The notes beneath the pieces were generated by a model, which saw only the letters and a program-made list of their open reading frames with translations, was not told the origin of the DNA and did not search any database. From a virus (taxonomy: Duplodnaviria; Caudoviricetes), in IMG/VR virus record IMGVR_UViG_2744054974_000002, positions 4,951 to 68,950 of that record: a DNA stretch of 64,000 nucleotides; one strand, written 5' to 3'. How positions within the stretch are numbered: the first letter of the stretch is position 1; each line of letters opens with the position of its first letter. Both the position numbers and the translations under genes were made by a program. Positions 59,195 through 64,000 of the stretch are shown in pieces.

Positions 59195-59995
59195 ATGGAT
59201 TTATTTGAAGTAAAGAAGGAGAGATTTATTGAGTCTATTAATTATTTAAAGTTCAAAAGTTATATTAAGAACAATAAAGATTTGTCTGATTTAGGTATAA
59301 TTAGCGAATCCAGCTTATCTAGAGCTTTAAAAGGAGATCCTAAATACCTTACTGATAATTTAATAAATAAATTTTGCAATCAATTTACTTTTTTTAATAT
59401 CAGTTGGTTAAATGGAGAGGATTTACCAATGCTTAAAAACCCAATCAATGAAAGAAGTAATCTATTGAGTGTAATTGAAAGTGAGGATGTATTAGAAGAT
59501 AATGATGTAGAAGTATTAACAAATAGTAATGGGAATAAGTTTTTTATCTATCCATCTGGTCTTATTAAAATTGAAGTACCTAAAGTACCCTTTGACGCAC
59601 ATGCTAGTTATCTAGAATGTTACTTTGACGATGTTAAGACTTTAGATGATTGGGATAAAATAACTTTTACAGTTGATCATATTGGCAGAGGTAGTTATTT
59701 AGGATTTCAAAGTCAAGGAGAATCAATGAATGGGGGGTTAATTGACGACACTCCAAGTGGAGCTGAAATATTAGGAAGAGAAATCGGAAATCACCTTTGG
59801 AAAGATGGTTTTAGAAAAACTAAATATGGTTTAATTTTAATTACCGAATCAGGTATTTGGCATAAAGATATTACAGATTATAATATAGAGAAAGGCATGT
59901 TAACATTAAGTTCAAGAAATAAAAAACATAATCCATTTGACTATCCGATAAATAGTGTAAAGCAAATATTTAATGTAATTAAAAGGAATTTTTAA
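59195..59995 (+). CDS. CI-like repressor (HTH plus S24-like C-terminal domain)
   Basis: HTH ISESSLSRALKG...N.SWL.GE..ML; C-terminal G.SM, K.I and L.S.N; divergent from the early operon; start moved to ATG 59195. Confidence 0.8.
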   Translation: MDLFEVKKERFIESINYLKFKSYIKNNKDLSDLGIISESSLSRALKGDPKYLTDNLINKFCNQFTFFNISWLNGEDLPMLKNPINERSNLLSVIESEDVLEDNDVEVLTNSNGNKFFIYPSGLIKIEVPKVPFDAHASYLECYFDDVKTLDDWDKITFTVDHIGRGSYLGFQSQGESMNGGLIDDTPSGAEILGREIGNHLWKDGFRKTKYGLILITESGIWHKDITDYNIEKGMLTLSSRNKKHNPFDYPINSVKQIFNVIKRNF

Positions 59996-60009
59996 ATAAT
60001 TCAAAATTA

Positions 60010-60036
60010 ATGCGGTCTGTTTAGATCGCATTTTTT
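60010..60036 (+). terminator. intrinsic terminator
   Basis: ATGCGGTCT-GTTT-AGATCGCAT followed by a T-run. Confidence 0.7.
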
Positions 60037-60077
60037 ATTTGTGTATATTTGGTTTTTGTTAACACAAAAAATGCCTT

Positions 60078-61007
60078 ATGAAACAAATATCTACTAAGAG
60101 ATTTTATTTATTTTTTTTAATCATTTTATTTTTTCAAGGTATTGTAATAATATTATCTGATAACCATCCAAAAAGTATTGGTTATGAATATCAAAAGATA
60201 CGTGAAGAATTTGAAAATGACAATCCTGGAGTTATAAGTTCTTTTGGTGAAAATTTACCTGATGATATTAAAATAGATCTTGCAAAAAAAATTTATATAG
60301 AAAAGAAAATTAAGCGTAAATCTGATAGTCAACTTAGATTATATATTAGCACATTAAATAAGGCGGATAAAGAAAAGCTCCTATTAAATTTATATGGAGA
60401 AGTTTCTACAATAAGTGAACATGATTCAGAATCATACAAATTAATATTACTAAAGCATGATATTGATGTTATAAAAGCAGGATATAATCCAGTTAATTTT
60501 TTAATGGAGAAAGTATTGAAATTAAATTCTCCTTTTTATTTACAATATCAAACAAACATATTCCTAATAATAATTACAATATTATTATTCATATGTGTTC
60601 TTGTTATGAAAGTAGTATTTTTGATAAAAACCACTAATAAAAATGATAGAAAAGAAGTTGTAAATTCACTTGTAATAAAAAAAAATAGTTCTATTGTAAA
60701 AGATAAATTAAAAATTAGTTTTAAATGTATGAAGAAAAAAGAAACGCTTTTTGTTTTGTGTATGGCAATAGTATCATTTTTTTTAGGTTTTTGGTTTAAG
60801 ATACCTAATAAAGAATTAACAAAGGAACTAATGTATGCAAGGGCTGAGTGGAAAAAAGAATTGTATTTACAACAATTAAAGAGTGAGTCGTTTTTTCTAG
60901 GAGATAATTTCGATTTTAACTGGAGAGTATCAATTCCTTTCTTTATTATATCTATTATATGTTTAGTAATCTACAAGAAACTTGTGAAAAAGAATATAAT
61001 TAAATAA
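60078..61007 (+). CDS. accessory multi-TM membrane protein
   Basis: Four hydrophobic segments; promoter TATATTTG at 60044-60051. Confidence 0.7.
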   Translation: MKQISTKRFYLFFLIILFFQGIVIILSDNHPKSIGYEYQKIREEFENDNPGVISSFGENLPDDIKIDLAKKIYIEKKIKRKSDSQLRLYISTLNKADKEKLLLNLYGEVSTISEHDSESYKLILLKHDIDVIKAGYNPVNFLMEKVLKLNSPFYLQYQTNIFLIIITILLFICVLVMKVVFLIKTTNKNDRKEVVNSLVIKKNSSIVKDKLKISFKCMKKKETLFVLCMAIVSFFLGFWFKIPNKELTKELMYARAEWKKELYLQQLKSESFFLGDNFDFNWRVSIPFFIISIICLVIYKKLVKKNIIK

Positions 61008-61222
61008 TGACTAAAAAAGCGTTTATAGTTGGTTTGTTGTCGATTTTTTTATTTTCTTTTTCAAGTCAGCAGCAAGTTTACATTTGCAAAGGTAAATCAA
61101 GTAAGAAATACCATAAATCAAGTAGTTGTAAAGGATTAAACAGATGTTCGACTAGTATTTATAAAGTCAGTTTAAAAGAGGCAAAGGAAATAGGAAGAAC
61201 GCCTTGTAAGATTGAGTATTAA
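61007..61222 (+). CDS. small exported Cys-rich protein (Ada metal-binding-like)
   Basis: Signal peptide then VYIC.G..SKKYH....C.GL..C......EA...GR.PCK. Confidence 0.7.
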   Translation: MTKKAFIVGLLSIFLFSFSSQQQVYICKGKSSKKYHKSSSCKGLNRCSTSIYKVSLKEAKEIGRTPCKIEY

Positions 61223-61237
61223 ATAAAAATATAACTT

Positions 61238-61456
61238 ATGAAACACGAAATTAGCCAAGAAGAGTTGGATATGATAATGGAAACATTCATGTGGGATCTA
61301 TTTTCATATATTAAAGCAAGCGAGTTGACCTCTATAGATCAACTTTCAGATAAAAAGAAGAAGGTATATGAGTTTTTAAAAAGTAATGGAACTAAATTTA
61401 GTAAAGGATATTATCCTCATGTAAAAATAGACGAGGAAATAAACAAGAGCTACTAA
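61238..61456 (+). CDS. hypothetical protein
   Basis: ORF followed by a terminator. Confidence 0.65.
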   Translation: MKHEISQEELDMIMETFMWDLFSYIKASELTSIDQLSDKKKKVYEFLKSNGTKFSKGYYPHVKIDEEINKSY

Positions 61457-61488
61457 AAGCAAAAGCCACTCGATTGAGTGGCTTATTT
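61454..61488. repeat. 35-bp direct repeat/terminator copy 1
   Basis: TAAAAGCAAAAGCCACTCGATTGAGTGGCTTATTT, identical to 62282-62316. Confidence 0.9.
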
Positions 61489-61654
61489 TTTATCAAACCG
61501 TTTTATCGTTAAATATCTCTATACTTATTTGTTACTTACATATACGTTTAGTATATTTATATGTGTTTAAACATTAAACAATATTTTGCGAAGTGTAAAT
61601 TGTTTTTTACATTTGCAATCACTTTTTAAGTAACCTATTTAAAAAGAGTATATT

Positions 61655-61789
61655 ATGAAAAAAGCCGAAATAATTAAAATGATCAAAGATATGTCAGAAA
61701 GAAAATCTTTGATGAAGTCTTATAGTAATGGTAAAATAACTAAAGATCAATTAGAACAAAGAGGAGTAAAATTAGTTAAACCATTTTAA
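61655..61789 (+). CDS. 44-aa basic protein (not in ORF track)
   Basis: MKKAEIIKMIKDMSERKSLMKSYSNGKITKDQLEQRGVKLVKPF; promoter TACATTTG at 61608-61615. Confidence 0.7.
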   Translation: MKKAEIIKMIKDMSERKSLMKSYSNGKITKDQLEQRGVKLVKPF

Positions 61790-61798
61790 TATAAAGAG

Positions 61799-62284
61799 AT
61801 GCCCTACCCTTTTGAATGGGATGAACATAGAAGATTATATTCTTTTACTACTGCAACAAATTTAACGTATGAATTATCCTTTACTAAAGATGAAAATCTA
61901 AATATTGGTAATGCTGATAATCCTATAGATAATATATATCATTTTGTTTTAGCTAAGAGAGAGGAAGATCAAAATATTAAATCAAATGATAAGGATATCT
62001 CTGAAACAATTAGGGCTGTCGTAACTGCCTTTTTCCAAAACAATATTAATTACACTTTAGTTTATACTTGTGATGATGAGGATAATAAAGGTATATGTAG
62101 ATTTGTGCTTTTTGAAAAATGGTATAAAACATGGGTAGTTCCAGATTACGAAAAAATTGATAACATAATTGAGTTAGATGATACACGCATCTTTACATCA
62201 ATAATCTTGCACAAGTCCAATGAAAATTATGACGTCATTATAGATAGACATAAAAACATTGTTCAAAACTACAAAAGAGAATAA
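61799..62284 (+). CDS. DUF6169-like protein
   Basis: Y.F.T....Y.L.F, D..I.ETI......FF..N and LVY.CD..D.K...R..LF.KWY pattern. Confidence 0.6.
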   Translation: MPYPFEWDEHRRLYSFTTATNLTYELSFTKDENLNIGNADNPIDNIYHFVLAKREEDQNIKSNDKDISETIRAVVTAFFQNNINYTLVYTCDDEDNKGICRFVLFEKWYKTWVVPDYEKIDNIIELDDTRIFTSIILHKSNENYDVIIDRHKNIVQNYKRE

Positions 62285-62316
62285 AAGCAAAAGCCACTCG
62301 ATTGAGTGGCTTATTT
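62282..62316. repeat. 35-bp direct repeat/terminator copy 2
   Basis: Identical to 61454-61488. Confidence 0.9.
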
Positions 62317-62700
62317 ATTTTTCCTAAGTTCTTCTAGTTCCTTGAGTATTCGGATTTGAGTTTTAGCGATGACATCTAGTTTTGCGATAATTTGCTGATT
62401 ACCTAAGATATCTACGTCTGTGCCGATTAAGTTTTGTTGCAACTGTTTAATTGTATGATCAACAGTAAATACGGGCAACTCCCCTTTTGTCAAAAACAAA
62501 TAGTTTATCTCTGGGCATTTTTCTATTGCTTTTTTGGCAAATGCAGGCGTTATGGAAGCGGTTCTTCCATAAACAATAGAATCAACCACTGAGTTGTTAT
62601 TATATCCTAATTTCTCTCCTAAGTGCATTGTAGCGATTCCGAATTCTTGTGCTAACATTTTAAGTCGTTCAGCTGGGCTTTCGATTATTTTTTTCTCCAT
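62311..62700 (-). CDS. XRE-like HTH protein co-transcribed with the integrase
   Basis: RLK.L....GI....LGEKLG...I..GR...IT...IN..FL..GE; starts 1 bp after the integrase stop. Confidence 0.7.
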   Translation of the reverse strand: MEKKIIESPAERLKMLAQEFGIATMHLGEKLGYNNNSVVDSIVYGRTASITPAFAKKAIEKCPEINYLFLTKGELPVFTVDHTIKQLQQNLIGTDVDILGNQQIIAKLDVIAKTQIRILKELEELRKNK

Positions 62701-62701
62701 A

Positions 62702-64000
62702 TTATATAGTTTGTTGCTGTTCCCAGAATTCTGCTAACATTTTCGCAGATTCCAAATTCGTTTGTTTATTGTATTCTAACATTTGCTTTTCTGATTTCCA
62801 CCCACAAACATCCATAATTACTTTGTTTGGCAATTTTCCGATATGATTTGTAGCAAAAGAACGTCGGCAAATGTGTGAAGATACTAATTTGTGCTTAGGA
62901 TATTCTCCTACTTCCTTTCTTACAGTATCTTCTCCTGTACTACCATCAACTTTAGTTTTTATTTTTCCGCCAATTATCATAGTGGAAATTTTAGCTAATT
63001 TACAAATTGCTTTTATTTCTCGGTTAAATTCTTGTTCAAACGTTTTAGGCGGTAGTCCTTTCCATTTTTTTAATATCTCCTTTACTTGAGGGTGTAATGG
63101 TATAGTTACGCTGTGATTTGTCTTAAAAGTTTTGATGCTGATAAAGTCTCCTTGGATATCTTCTGTTTTTAGTCTATTCAAAAAATCTGATACTCGCATG
63201 CCGGTCCATAATCCAATAATGAAATTATCGCGTATTGCATCTCTTTTCTTATCTGCAATCTTCAGTTTATATATTCTATTAATTTCTTCTACATTCAAAT
63301 ATGGGGCTTTATACTGAACTTCTGCTTTCTGTATGTAAACTATTTCACGATATCCTTTATTTACTTTTAGATTTAACTTCTCGGCACGTTCACAAAAGAA
63401 CTTTGCACGAGAAACATGTCTATGTACAGTTGTTTCAGAAAACCCGCGTTCATTTGATAAATAACTACTGAAGCTGTCTAGGAACTTATTATCAACATCA
63501 ATAAGCTTTATCGGGTCTTTGCCTTCAAAATCTATTAAAAGATCGCGTAATCTACTATTATGACTGATTGACTTTTCATTCATATACTTATTAGCAGCTA
63601 CTTTATGTGTTTGTGCTTTATTTTCAAGCCACCAAGTCGCAAAAGAAGTTAGGTATATTTCCTCTTTCTTTATTTTAAAATTACTCTCTGAAGTTGGCCT
63701 ATTAAAAAATTCATTCACCTTATTAGAGATCCAAAACTTGTCAATTGTTTCACCTTGGATATAAGATGAATTGAATTCTGTTAGGATAAAAACTTTAAGC
63801 TCACCTAATTTTAGATTGATTTCATTTCTATTCTTTACAGCAAGAACGTTTTTGATTTGTTCTTTTTTTGAATCCCAGTGATCAGGATTAATCGAAATTT
63901 GTATTCGATGAAAAACATCAATTTGTTTTGTATGTAAAAATCTTAGATACAAAGTCGAGGGGTTAGAATTCCCTCTAAGAAGAAATTTAACTGTAGCCAT
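62702..64000 (-). CDS. int: tyrosine integrase (arm-binding, SAM-like and catalytic domains)
   Basis: TGMRVSD (R), KT (K), SSHICRRSFATN (HxxR), GW and EY (Y); Bacteroidota-type N-terminus. Confidence 0.93.
   Translation of the reverse strand: MATVKFLLRGNSNPSTLYLRFLHTKQIDVFHRIQISINPDHWDSKKEQIKNVLAVKNRNEINLKLGELKVFILTEFNSSYIQGETIDKFWISNKVNEFFNRPTSESNFKIKKEEIYLTSFATWWLENKAQTHKVAANKYMNEKSISHNSRLRDLLIDFEGKDPIKLIDVDNKFLDSFSSYLSNERGFSETTVHRHVSRAKFFCERAEKLNLKVNKGYREIVYIQKAEVQYKAPYLNVEEINRIYKLKIADKKRDAIRDNFIIGLWTGMRVSDFLNRLKTEDIQGDFISIKTFKTNHSVTIPLHPQVKEILKKWKGLPPKTFEQEFNREIKAICKLAKISTMIIGGKIKTKVDGSTGEDTVRKEVGEYPKHKLVSSHICRRSFATNHIGKLPNKVIMDVCGWKSEKQMLEYNKQTNLESAKMLAEFWEQQQTI

Larger units (their letters stand above)
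1..64000. mobile_element. Temperate phage/prophage segment (crAss-like/Cellulophaga-podovirus-type virion module plus lambdoid-type lysogeny/replication module); ends not inside window
   Basis: Continuous phage gene content: terminase, portal, capsid, tail, lysis, replication, repressor, integrase. No host housekeeping operon seen and no att site identifiable. Confidence 0.93.

Noticed and set aside
532-63317. Numerous short antisense or nested ORFs in the ORF track (e.g. 532-798, 10270-12502 set, 32365-38000 minus-strand set)
   Set aside because: They are shadow ORFs opposite well-supported genes, with atypical composition.
1-64000. Stop-codon reassignment as seen in some crAss-like phages
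   Set aside because: Long genes are intact under the standard code, and TAG, TGA and TAA all terminate genes at operon-consistent positions.

Overview
The whole window looks like part of one temperate phage (prophage) of an AT-rich Bacteroidota host, probably Flavobacteriaceae, judged from the TAnnTTTG promoters and the gene families. The virion module resembles crAss-like/Cellulophaga-type podoviruses: TerL, portal, major capsid protein, two ring proteins, a split muzzle/stabilization protein and three ejection proteins, one of them a 2691-aa polyvalent protein. It is transcribed divergently from about 24.1 kb and includes a holin/GH108 endolysin/lipoprotein lysis block and tail fibres. The right third is a lambdoid-style early region: a tyrosine integrase starting at the last base, a CI-like repressor with operators, Cro/Rha-ANT/Xis-like proteins, exonuclease, SSB, an initiator with internal iterons and three DNA methyltransferases. 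The left end carries RuvC, Tad2-like and Acb2/Tad1-like anti-defence sponge candidates and GroES. The most unusual signals are non-coding. (i) An array of three long stem-loops, each closed by GAAAG...CTTTC (51.5-51.9 kb), has a homologous, covarying fourth copy inside a structured leader at 58.3-58.5 kb. (ii) A tRNA-like RNA has perfect acceptor, D and T arms but an oversized anticodon arm (82-216). (iii) There is a candidate type I toxin-antitoxin locus (2.9-3.4 kb). (iv) An identical 24-nt element plus a start-proximal hairpin precedes both terL and the endolysin. (v) Paired ATAR-N7-YTAT boxes surround four late promoters. All family assignments come from motif recognition by eye; no searches were run.
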